Translations under genes and position numbers: made by a program
DNA from: Bacteroidales bacterium
GTDB lineage: Bacteria > Bacteroidota > Bacteroidia > Bacteroidales > JAOZQN01
NCBI GenBank assembly: GCA_029932195.1
Contig: JAOZQN010000003.1
Span: 1-45,644 of the forward strand
Length of the DNA stretch: 45,644 nt
Reading direction: 5' to 3'
Shown: one piece after another, positions 1 to 7,835 of the stretch
Layout: the number at the start of each line of letters is the position of its first letter
Numbering within the stretch: the stretch's first letter is position 1
The notes under the pieces: generated by a model
Databases searched by the model: none
What the model saw: only the letters and a program-made list of their open reading frames with translations
Told to the model about the DNA's origin: nothing

Positions 1-57
1 AGTTTTGAATAATATTATGCCAAAAAAAACAACGATTTTAGGATTAAGAGACTAATT
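1..57 (+). repeat. Dispersed repeat family D, copy truncated by the window edge (core GAAGTTTTGAATAATATTATGCCAAAAA...AGGATTAAGAGACTAAT)
   Basis: Close matches at 20471..20552 (reverse orientation) and 41646..41730 (same orientation), aligned by eye. Confidence 0.6.
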
Positions 58-81
58 TCCTCCTTCCTCCACCCTAAAATC

Positions 82-969
82 CTATTTCATAAATTTATTT
101 ATTGTGTAAATATTTGCATCTAACAATAATTTTAGTTCTTCGTCTGTTATTTCTGGGTTTACTGATTCTAAGTAGGTTTTAAATCTAATTTCGCAGTTAT
201 CAAGATCCAATTCAAAATTACCAATTGGTAAATCGTAATTGATTTTTGTTATTTCTTTACAAGTCTCCATACATTTTTCTTTCTCTATTTTTTTTGGAGA
301 ATAAATGTATAAAATTACTTGTTTATACTCTTCTTTTGGAATCAATAAACAGTTCCATTTTTTATTTTCATAATAATATTCAAAAACAATACTAAAAGCT
401 GTATTAACTATCTGACAATTAGTTGTGTTTTTATTAAAATAATCAAATATTTTTTGGACAAAAGGTGTTGGAACTATTTTAGTTTCAAACTCTTCTACCC
501 AAGTTGTGGCATATCCCATTTTTAAACTCCCTTTCATATCTTCAGGAACATCTACTTCTTGTTTTACATTTAGGGCAAACCAATTTTCTGTTTTTAGAAG
601 CGGTGCTTTTAAGTCAGAATAAGTTAATTTGTGTAAAGTTTCAATAAGTTTTTCGGCATTAATAACTTTTGAGTCTAATTTTGTTATTTGCGACTTATCT
701 AAAATTAGCTCAATTTCTATTGGCTTATTTTCAGAGAAACCTTCCAACGCCGATTCTTTACGTTTATCTTGTTTTAAATTAAAAGCTTCTAACTTATCTA
801 TTCTTTGATAAGTTTTGTTATCTATTTTTATAGATAATCTTGCTTCTGATGGTTCTCCTTCGGCAATAATAAAATTAGCTTCTGTAATTTTAATATTTAA
901 TTCTTCTCCAGAAGGTGTGGACATTTTTACGTCCACACTCCAAAAATACTGTGTTTTATATTCGTTCAT
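82..969 (-). CDS. Hypothetical protein, operon partner of the DUF4157 protein. Possible chaperone or immunity function; the C-terminal half is weakly YbjN/T3SS-chaperone-like.
   Basis: 295-aa ORF. Its ATG (969) lies 3 nt after the stop (973..975) of the upstream gene. The segment GNFELDLDNCEIRFKTYL is reminiscent of YbjN-like folds. I see no catalytic motif. Confidence 0.6.
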   Translation of the reverse strand: MNEYKTQYFWSVDVKMSTPSGEELNIKITEANFIIAEGEPSEARLSIKIDNKTYQRIDKLEAFNLKQDKRKESALEGFSENKPIEIELILDKSQITKLDSKVINAEKLIETLHKLTYSDLKAPLLKTENWFALNVKQEVDVPEDMKGSLKMGYATTWVEEFETKIVPTPFVQKIFDYFNKNTTNCQIVNTAFSIVFEYYYENKKWNCLLIPKEEYKQVILYIYSPKKIEKEKCMETCKEITKINYDLPIGNFELDLDNCEIRFKTYLESVNPEITDEELKLLLDANIYTINKFMK

Positions 970-972
970 TTT

Positions 973-3093
973 TTACCAGTTAAATGTTTTTGCAAATTCT
1001 TGTTTTGAAAATTCAGCCTTTCCGCTGACTACTCCAATATCTAATGATTTTTCACTTGTTGTAGATATTTTTACTTCTACTGATTTTTCCATAAGATTAA
1101 AAGTTACCGATAAGCCTATGCCACTATCTCCACTTTTTATTCCTATTTTGTCTTCTATTGCTCCTTGTATTTTACTAGTAGCTTGAGATTTTGCTTCGCT
1201 AATAAGAACTGCTGCTTCTGGATCTTCATTTTTTTCTACAGCTTCTTTTACAGTTCCAAATACTTCTTGGATTTTTTGGAGTATTTCTACCACCTTCATT
1301 GTTCCTCCATGGGTAGTGCTTATTCCAATACCTAATTCGCTCTTAGATAATATTTTGTTAGTGTATTCTCTTGCATAAGAAAATTCACCAGATACAGGTC
1401 CTATGGAAATTTTTCCTCCAACACCAAATCCTTTTACATCTTTACCTTTTAGTCCTCCTTTGGTATCTTTATCGTAGCGTTTACTTGTGTTTCCTTTTAT
1501 GCCTACTTCGCCTTTAACAAGTGCTTTTTCTGATCCTATTTCTCCTTTGGCTTCTGCTACTCCTCCAAGTTCTACGTAGGCTTCCGAGTCTGCACCTAAA
1601 GCATCTTTTTCTATTGCTTCTCTAAATGCTGTGGCTTTTCCTGTGCCGCCCCAAGCCCAGTCTGCAAATGGTGATAGCCAAGTTGATTCTTTAAATCGTT
1701 TGTGCATACCATAAGAAATTAGGTTTAATGATTGTTTGGCAGTAGTTCCTTGTGCTTCTATGTATCCTCCAAGTTTTCCTGTTATTTTGAACATTGGTAT
1801 TTTAGCTCCTGCAATAAAGTCAAGTTGTGCACGAGTTTTAAAACTTCCTACTCCTTTTTCTGCCTCAAGAGTCATTTCACCACCAAGGAAGGCAATTCCT
1901 GTTGGTTCTATTGGTATCTCTACTTTTACATTAACTTTTCCGGCAGTGTTGTCGTCTGGTGCAAGTTTTTCTATTACTGGTGCCAGTCCTGTAAGAACGG
2001 AGTTAGCTGATTTGTCTGCATAATATTTTTTCAGTTCAGTTATTCTCTCGTCTCCTACGGACTCCATTGCATTTTCTTGTATTTTTTCGTCGCTTGCTCC
2101 TTTTGCAGTAAGGTTTACACCAGCTTCTGAAATAGCTGAATCTAAATAATTTCTAAATATTCTAAAACCGTAAGCTCTTTTTCTAAGGTCTTGGTCGTCT
2201 CCGTTATATTCCGCCCATACGTCTGCATATCCTCGTAGAACAATAAATTCTTTTTGTATTGCCCATAAGTTCGCTTCAGATAACAAGACAAGATTTGTTG
2301 CTTTTTTTCCTGCTTTATTTAAAAATATTTTATTATGAATATTTTCTAAAACATCTACAGACCTGTCTTTTGCTTTTCCAGAACTACTAAAGAAACCTTC
2401 ATAAGTTATATCTTTAAATGCTGATACAGAACAAAGTGTTCCTTTAACAAAAGGGCTCATTTTTGTGTCCGATTTAGCTTTATGTTCATTATATTCTTTT
2501 TCAGAAGTAGATCTTTGAACTGGTTGATTATTGGAATTTATATTATTTCCAGAAAAACTGTGAATACTTTTTGTTTGGATAGGATTATAGCGAGCAGCTT
2601 TTGCTCCCTGTGTATCTGCCTCGTTTTCCAAACTGGAATTATCATTAATATTAAATTTTCCAATTTGTTTGTTTGGCTGAACTTTGCCTTCTCTTTGTTG
2701 AACAACGTGGGTAAATTCATGCCCTATAAGTTCTTTGCCTGCTTGCGTATCTGGTTTAAATTGTCCAGGTGCAAAATGAACGTTGTTACCTTGTGTAAAT
2801 GCTAAAGCTCCTAAATCAGACGCAGTTTTAGAATCTTCATGAATATTTACATCAGAAAAATCTGTATCAAATGCACCTTGCATTTGTGTTATGAAATTTC
2901 CTGGCTCCTGCGTATTTCCAGAGTTAGTGTCTGTTCCGCTACCCTCTTTTAATTGAGTGGTTTGTTCTGTATTTACGGAAGAGTTATACTCTGGTGGATT
3001 TAACTGCTGTCCAATATCTGAATTATTATTTTCAGTATGGTTGGCTACTGCGTTATTGTTCTGGGTCTGAGTATTATTTTGTTTTGTTTCCAT
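973..3093 (-). CDS. DUF4157 (zincin-like HExxH) domain protein, eCIS-type effector-like, with a roughly 500-aa C-terminal region of unknown fold
   Basis: 706 aa. N/Q/T-rich low-complexity N-terminus, then AFTQGNNVHFAPGQF...LIGHEFTHVVQQREG, the characteristic DUF4157 (PF13699) signature. The rest is Gly/Lys-rich with no motif I recognise. Confidence 0.8.
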   Translation of the reverse strand: METKQNNTQTQNNNAVANHTENNNSDIGQQLNPPEYNSSVNTEQTTQLKEGSGTDTNSGNTQEPGNFITQMQGAFDTDFSDVNIHEDSKTASDLGALAFTQGNNVHFAPGQFKPDTQAGKELIGHEFTHVVQQREGKVQPNKQIGKFNINDNSSLENEADTQGAKAARYNPIQTKSIHSFSGNNINSNNQPVQRSTSEKEYNEHKAKSDTKMSPFVKGTLCSVSAFKDITYEGFFSSSGKAKDRSVDVLENIHNKIFLNKAGKKATNLVLLSEANLWAIQKEFIVLRGYADVWAEYNGDDQDLRKRAYGFRIFRNYLDSAISEAGVNLTAKGASDEKIQENAMESVGDERITELKKYYADKSANSVLTGLAPVIEKLAPDDNTAGKVNVKVEIPIEPTGIAFLGGEMTLEAEKGVGSFKTRAQLDFIAGAKIPMFKITGKLGGYIEAQGTTAKQSLNLISYGMHKRFKESTWLSPFADWAWGGTGKATAFREAIEKDALGADSEAYVELGGVAEAKGEIGSEKALVKGEVGIKGNTSKRYDKDTKGGLKGKDVKGFGVGGKISIGPVSGEFSYAREYTNKILSKSELGIGISTTHGGTMKVVEILQKIQEVFGTVKEAVEKNEDPEAAVLISEAKSQATSKIQGAIEDKIGIKSGDSGIGLSVTFNLMEKSVEVKISTTSEKSLDIGVVSGKAEFSKQEFAKTFNW

Positions 3094-3183
3094 AATTTTT
3101 ATTTTAATGGTAATATTATGTTCTGAAAAATTTTATCCAACACAAAGTTTGGTTAAAAGACAGTTTTTAGTAGTGTATTCACT

Positions 3184-3234
3184 TTTGTGTGGCATGTGTA
3201 GGGAAGCGAAGCAACCGGAACATACCACACAAAA
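3184..3234. other. Imperfect hairpin (about 14-bp stem, about 21-nt loop) between the DUF1016 stop and the DUF4157 gene start
   Basis: TTTTGTGTGGCATGT ... ACATACCACACAAAA with one mismatch. No flanking T-run, so not a classical intrinsic terminator. Confidence 0.35.
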
Positions 3235-3282
3235 CCAAACTAATTATATCCAAGCAAATGTTAAAGCAATCGAATCATTATT

Positions 3283-4329
3283 TTAGTTGTTAAAATCAAA
3301 TCCGTATTTTTCTTTTATCTGTTTCTTTATCTCAATGGCAGACGGTAATTTCCCTTTAAATTTATCTGGTAATTGTCTTGTTAATTGATACTCTGCAACT
3401 CCTATTGGTTTGTTGAAGTCTTTTAGTGAGAATTCTACTTCAAAGTTGTCTTTTTCGGCACAAAGAATTATTCCTATTGGCGGATTTTCATCTTCCATTC
3501 TCACCTGTTGGTCAAGTAGATTTAGATATAAATTCAACTTGCTTGCATATTCCGCTTTATATTCCCCCGCTTTTAGTTCTATTGCTACAAGACATTTTAA
3601 TCCCCTGTGAAAAAACAATAAATCAACAAAATAGTCTTTCGTATTTCCTTTTAATTTATATTGGTTTCCGATAAATGTAAATCCGTAGCCTAATTCCATT
3701 AGCAACTTTTTTACATTGATAACCATCAATCTTTCTAATTCTCGTTCTTTAATTGGTTGTTTTACTCCCAGTAATTCAAGGTTATATACACTTTTCATTG
3801 CATTATCAGCCTGTTCGGATAAATGTTCTGGTAATGTTTCTCTAAAATTATGTTGTTTTGGATTTTCAAGATGATATTCGTAGGCATTTGCTTTTATTTG
3901 GTTTAATAATACATTTCGACTCCAAGCAAAACCTATTGTTGATTTCAGATAATATTCTCTTGATTTGTAATCTTTTAATTTTTGCAATATCAGAATATTT
4001 TGCCCCCAAGGAATGTCAAGTGCTAAATTGTGTAATTCGGGATAATCAACATATTCAGTGTAAAATTGTTTCATAAACCAAAGGTTTCTTTCCGAAAAGC
4101 TGATTGTTGTATCTGTAATTTCCTGTAAATCTTTGGCAAGCTGTTCTACTATGGATTTCCCCCAGCCATACTGTCTCTGTCTATCAACAATTATTTTACC
4201 GATATTAGAATATAATTCAATTTTTGCACGAATTAATTGACTTGATGCTTTTATTCTTGCTTTTTGAATTTCTTCTAATATTTGCTCTAAAAAATCTCTA
4301 TAATCAATATTTTTTACGATATTACTCAT
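3283..4329 (-). CDS. DUF1016/YhcG-family PD-(D/E)XK nuclease domain protein
   Basis: 348 aa. N-terminal YGWGKSIVEQLAKDL...FSERNLWFMKQFY block and C-terminal core VDLLFFHRGLKCLVAIELKAGEYK (D...ExK). A paralog lies at 27295..28404. Confidence 0.8.
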   Translation of the reverse strand: MSNIVKNIDYRDFLEQILEEIQKARIKASSQLIRAKIELYSNIGKIIVDRQRQYGWGKSIVEQLAKDLQEITDTTISFSERNLWFMKQFYTEYVDYPELHNLALDIPWGQNILILQKLKDYKSREYYLKSTIGFAWSRNVLLNQIKANAYEYHLENPKQHNFRETLPEHLSEQADNAMKSVYNLELLGVKQPIKERELERLMVINVKKLLMELGYGFTFIGNQYKLKGNTKDYFVDLLFFHRGLKCLVAIELKAGEYKAEYASKLNLYLNLLDQQVRMEDENPPIGIILCAEKDNFEVEFSLKDFNKPIGVAEYQLTRQLPDKFKGKLPSAIEIKKQIKEKYGFDFNN

Positions 4330-4348
4330 TTATTGCATTTTACAATTA

Positions 4349-4446
4349 TGAAACAGTTGTTTCAGTTTTGAAATTTTCTTTGTTTTTTAATTTGTGAAAC
4401 AACTGTTTCAGTTTTTAGTTTTTCAATTCTGAAACGCCTGTTTCAG
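4349..4446. promoter_or_regulatory. Array of three TGAAAC-N4-GTTTCA palindromes (4349..4364, 4395..4410, 4429..4446)
   Basis: Read directly from the sequence. Copy 2 is the exact reverse complement of copy 1. Each is followed by GTTT on the plus strand. The array sits between the stop of 4443.. and the start of the DUF1016 gene (4329). Confidence 0.5.
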
Positions 4447-4628
4447 TTTCTTTTCTTTATCATTTTTATTAAATCTTCGGGTTCGTATATTTTATCATAT
4501 TTCTCTTTTCTAATCTCATTACTTGTTAAATCAATTTTTATTCTTTTTAAAAATTCTTTAAAGTCTTTATTGATAGTGAGTTTGTTAATTATCTCCCAGT
4601 CTAAATTTTCTCTTGCTATTGCAGGCAT
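4443..4628 (-). CDS. Small hypothetical protein (start uncertain)
   Basis: The track ORF runs 4443..4715, but its first 15 codons or so (4670..4715) lie inside a dispersed repeat that contains a promoter-like motif downstream of that ATG. The next Met (MPAIARENL...) is at 4628. No recognisable domain. Confidence 0.3.
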   Translation of the reverse strand: MPAIARENLDWEIINKLTINKDFKEFLKRIKIDLTSNEIRKEKYDKIYEPEDLIKMIKKRN

Positions 4629-4669
4629 TAAAATTTCAGAAGATAATGGCTCTTCAATGTCAATTTTAA

Positions 4670-4754
4670 TAACTCCCAAATTATTGTGAGTTGTGCTGGT
4701 TGCAAAGCTATTCATTTTTTTGACAATTCCAAATTTTACAGTTAGTCTTTTTTG
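4670..4754 (-). repeat. A-type dispersed repeat (short form) carrying a -33/-7 promoter-like pair that faces the minus-strand gene
   Basis: On the minus strand: TTTG (4730..4733), 19-nt spacer, TAGCTTTG (4703..4710), matching the Bacteroidota TTTG/TAnnTTTG consensus. Homologous to 7681..7768, 13826..14006 and 29578..29752. Confidence 0.6.
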
Positions 4755-4772
4755 TGAAAATAATTTTTATTA

Positions 4773-4993
4773 ATTAGTGTCTGGACGGAAATAGATAACA
4801 ATTTATATATCAAATAAATACAAGGCTAAATCAATTTGAATGTTTAAAAACAAAAAAAGATAAAACACTGATAATCACGGTGTAAAAAAAACAGACAATG
4901 CTATAAGTTTGTAAAATACAAAACATTCAAACCAATTTAACAAGATAACACACTGTATGATTGCTTATTACCTATTTCCGTCCAGAGACTAAT
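4773..4993. mobile_element. 221-bp MITE-like element, copy 1. About 26-bp terminal inverted repeats (ATTAGTGTCTGGACGGAAATAGATAA / ATTAGTCTCTGGACGGAAATAGGTAA), flanked by TA
   Basis: By eye, base-for-base identical to 20191..20411. TA dinucleotides flank both copies. No ORF. Confidence 0.8.
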
Positions 4994-5080
4994 TAATACA
5001 CTTTAATGCTAAAAAAAGGTTATATAGCTAACTACTTAATAGTTTGTTGCAGATTGTAAACCAACAAAATTAATATTATT

Positions 5081-5180
5081 CGAGTGTGTAACATATTGGG
5101 GGATAGCTTTTGGCTTCGCAAAGTGAAAAACTTAAGCTAATAGCCAATATCTAAAAGCCAATAGCCCCTGCGTTACACAT
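5081..5180. repeat. C-type palindromic low-complexity element (TTGCGAAGCCAAAAGC family) just downstream of a stop codon
   Basis: Reverse complement reads GCTTAAGTTTTTCACTTTGCGAAGCCAAAAGC. Bounded by GTGTGTAAC / GTTACACA inverted ends. Related to 9176..9268, 14007..14072 and 37427..37490. Confidence 0.55.
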
Positions 5181-5185
5181 TCATA

Positions 5186-6031
5186 TTATTCAAGTTGTTT
5201 TTCTGGTAAATGGTCTATTATTTCTTGCAAATTATTGGTTAAATAATTGCTTTTAATATTATTTTGTTTCATCAGTTCTTTTGTCTTTTCATAATATTTA
5301 AGACAATATTCTCTATAATTCTCATAATCTGATTCGTAAAACCACATTGTTGCAATATTATTATATGTAACTGTTTCTATTTTTTTATCTGTATCTAATA
5401 TTAAAAAATTGTGTTGAGAAGTATTAGCAGTATAACGAATAGAAACATTTGAATATAATGTTTCGTATTTAATATCCTTATTTTCATTTAATTGCCAAAT
5501 TATAAAAACGTGTTTGTCTGTTAAAACAGGAAAAATAGGCAAGTCGTATTCTAATGCTATGGCATATAAAATATAAGAATAAGTATCACAATCGGCTTTT
5601 CTATTTTTACTGTCTCCTGTAAAAAAATGAAAAAAAAGATTGTTTGTTCGTGAAAAATCTACACTTACATTAAATTTCTCATCTAAGTATTCTTGTTGAA
5701 TTTGGATTAAAAAGTTTCGCACAATTAAACGTATTTCAGCAGAATTATTTTCTAATAATAGTTGCTGTGTATATTTGTTTATTGAAACTCCGTTTAATTC
5801 ATCTTTTTCAAAATTCTCAATTTCTTCTTTTGCTCCCAAAACAATAGAATCTAAAAGAGAATAAGCATTTTCTAAATTTGCGTCTTTGTCTATTAGCGAA
5901 AAATACTCTTCATAATTTAATTTCAATATATTTTTCACAACAACATATTTACACACTTCGTCATTCTCTCCTGTTTGAGAAAGAACAGGAAAAACAAAAA
6001 ACAGCAATATTATTGATAATGCATATTTCAT
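5186..6031 (-). CDS. Secreted hypothetical protein, possibly transglutaminase-like (Transglut_core2/SirB1-like) fold
   Basis: 281 aa with an N-terminal signal peptide (MKYALSIILLFFVFPVLSQ). ADCDTYSYILYAIALEYDLPIFPVLTDKHVFIIW resembles the Cys...His core of SirB1-type transglutaminase-like domains. This is a weak by-eye call. Confidence 0.5.
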   Translation of the reverse strand: MKYALSIILLFFVFPVLSQTGENDEVCKYVVVKNILKLNYEEYFSLIDKDANLENAYSLLDSIVLGAKEEIENFEKDELNGVSINKYTQQLLLENNSAEIRLIVRNFLIQIQQEYLDEKFNVSVDFSRTNNLFFHFFTGDSKNRKADCDTYSYILYAIALEYDLPIFPVLTDKHVFIIWQLNENKDIKYETLYSNVSIRYTANTSQHNFLILDTDKKIETVTYNNIATMWFYESDYENYREYCLKYYEKTKELMKQNNIKSNYLTNNLQEIIDHLPEKQLE

Positions 6032-6056
6032 CTATTTTTAGTTATGATTTTTTTTG

Positions 6057-6110
6057 TAGAACTTCTCTAAATTTTACAACCCGTATGCTCTACAATGATG
6101 TGATATGTTT
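6057..6110 (+). repeat. B-type dispersed repeat, partial copy (3' half only)
   Basis: TAGAACTTCTCTAAATTTTACAACCCGTATGCTCTACAATGATGTGATATGTTT matches the 3' halves of 11569..11675 and 27233..27339. Confidence 0.6.
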
Positions 6111-6234
6111 TTTATATCGAATACGGCTTGGTTTTCGGCGGGTTCTCGCACCCAAGTCAATTATTAGTAATTTGTATAAAGTTCATTCTTTTGTTCATTA
6201 TTGCACTTTGAACCCGCTGAAATCCAAGCTGCTG

Positions 6235-7665
6235 TTAGCGTTCTATGTTTTCATTATATTCTTTCAGTAACTGATTTATATGATAATCCCTTTCTTCTTG
6301 AATTTCTTCTTTTACTTTTTGATATTTCCTTTTTCTAATAAATTTTATTCTACTTTTCCAAATTAAATCTCCATTCTCATTCAAAAAATATTTCTCGTAA
6401 TTTAAATCCTTTGTCCTTCCTTTTAGTATATAAATCGCTTCTAATGCTTTATCACATACTCTTAAAGGTTTAACATGCCATCCACATCCCCCTGACAACC
6501 AATCAACAAATGGGTGATTATTAAGATACATAAATCTTTTGTCTTTTAAAAATGGAATAATTATACTGATATTTAAACTATCACCAATCATAACTAAGTT
6601 TTCTATATAAGTAGCCCATAAACGTATATCTTCCCTTGTTATCACAGAATCTGGATACATAAATTTTGAATGATAACGAATATAAATACTTGAAATATCA
6701 TTAGAATATTTTTCAATTTCAGGAAAACTACATCTTTTTGAGCAAAACCATCTTAATGGTTTATCATAATAAAGACTTTCATCTGAAATATTTGTTCTGT
6801 AATAAGCAACAAATTCTTGCATTGTATTTGGCAAAATTTTTGAAACAGACCATGTTTCATCAAAATAATACATTGTAGTATCATTTTTTAAGTCTTCTTT
6901 TAAAAAAACAATAACAAGACTATCGTTATAGTAGTTTTCATTTAAGTATGTCAATATATGTTTTTTATTTCTTGGTGCTAATGTTGTATTTTTTAAAATT
7001 TCAATGTATTGATATGTTGATAATGCATCTGCAACTTCTGTTGTAAATAATAACCTGTTTAAATCATCATATATAGCTTCTGTATTATTCTGGCAATGCA
7101 AGTTATTTATGAACTTATCAACCAATTCTTCAACTTGTTTTTCCGTTGGTTTACACCAATAAAATTCAAAAAATAAACTGTCAATATAAAGCTCTTTAAT
7201 CTTTCGTTTTTTATGTCTGTATTTGAAAACATCAAATTCCAAGACAAACTTAATTAGATTAGTGTCATTTTTGTGTTTTTCATTATACAAAATTGCATTA
7301 AAAGAATTTGAGAATGGGATACCAAATTTGCTTTGATTAAATATTGTTATACCAGGTGGTATTTTATTATATCTATTTATTCTTATAACAGTTCGTCTAT
7401 TATAATGGTTTGTCCTATTAAAGTATTCATTTTTTTGCAAAAATGTAAACGTTATTGAAGGACTAAATCCTGAAAGTAAAGTGTCCTTTTTATGCTCTAT
7501 TTCTAAATAGATCCAATTAGAATCCGTTACTGTGACATATTTTTTCACATAAATATTTACTTTAATATCATTATTTTCAATATATTCAAATTTGCAAAAA
7601 TTATTTTGTCCAAATAAAATTGAACTATATAAAACTGACAATATAATTATTAAATATTTTTTCAT
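6235..7665 (-). CDS. Secreted hypothetical protein
   Basis: The track ORF extends to 7716, but its first 17 codons lie partly in a dispersed repeat. Met18 (MKKYLIIILSVLYSSILFGQ) gives a clean signal peptide. No recognisable domain. Confidence 0.6.
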   Translation of the reverse strand: MKKYLIIILSVLYSSILFGQNNFCKFEYIENNDIKVNIYVKKYVTVTDSNWIYLEIEHKKDTLLSGFSPSITFTFLQKNEYFNRTNHYNRRTVIRINRYNKIPPGITIFNQSKFGIPFSNSFNAILYNEKHKNDTNLIKFVLEFDVFKYRHKKRKIKELYIDSLFFEFYWCKPTEKQVEELVDKFINNLHCQNNTEAIYDDLNRLLFTTEVADALSTYQYIEILKNTTLAPRNKKHILTYLNENYYNDSLVIVFLKEDLKNDTTMYYFDETWSVSKILPNTMQEFVAYYRTNISDESLYYDKPLRWFCSKRCSFPEIEKYSNDISSIYIRYHSKFMYPDSVITREDIRLWATYIENLVMIGDSLNISIIIPFLKDKRFMYLNNHPFVDWLSGGCGWHVKPLRVCDKALEAIYILKGRTKDLNYEKYFLNENGDLIWKSRIKFIRKRKYQKVKEEIQEERDYHINQLLKEYNENIER

Positions 7666-7680
7666 TATTTTTATTGACGC

Positions 7681-7768
7681 TAACTCCCAAATCATTGAGA
7701 GCCGTGCGGGTTGCAAAGTTATTCATTTTTTCTGATAATCCCAAATTTTACAGTTAGTCTTTTTTTTT
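7681..7768 (-). repeat. A-type dispersed repeat (short form) with a promoter-like pair facing gene 6235..7665
   Basis: On the minus strand: TTTG (7742..7745), 20-nt spacer, TAACTTTG (7714..7721). The gene ATG is at 7665. Confidence 0.6.
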
Positions 7769-7835
7769 AATAATTTTTCTTTTTACATCTTTATTTCCCT
7801 GTTTCATATCCATTTATAATTGAAAATCATTTTTA

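Noticed and set aside
815-2805. Plus-strand track ORFs inside the DUF4157 gene and its partner (815..1186, 1732..2010, 1736..2023, 2482..2805)
   Set aside because: They are antisense to long, motif-bearing minus-strand genes, with low-complexity translations. The same reasoning applies to the other short antisense ORFs in the track, for example 3410..4076, 8181..8859, 12560..13053, 30471..32555 and 33596..34753.
5878-6270. 130-aa plus-strand ORF spanning the 5186..6031 start, repeat B3 and the 6235 stop
   Set aside because: It crosses an intergenic repeat and overlaps two minus-strand genes in antisense. It has no recognisable features.
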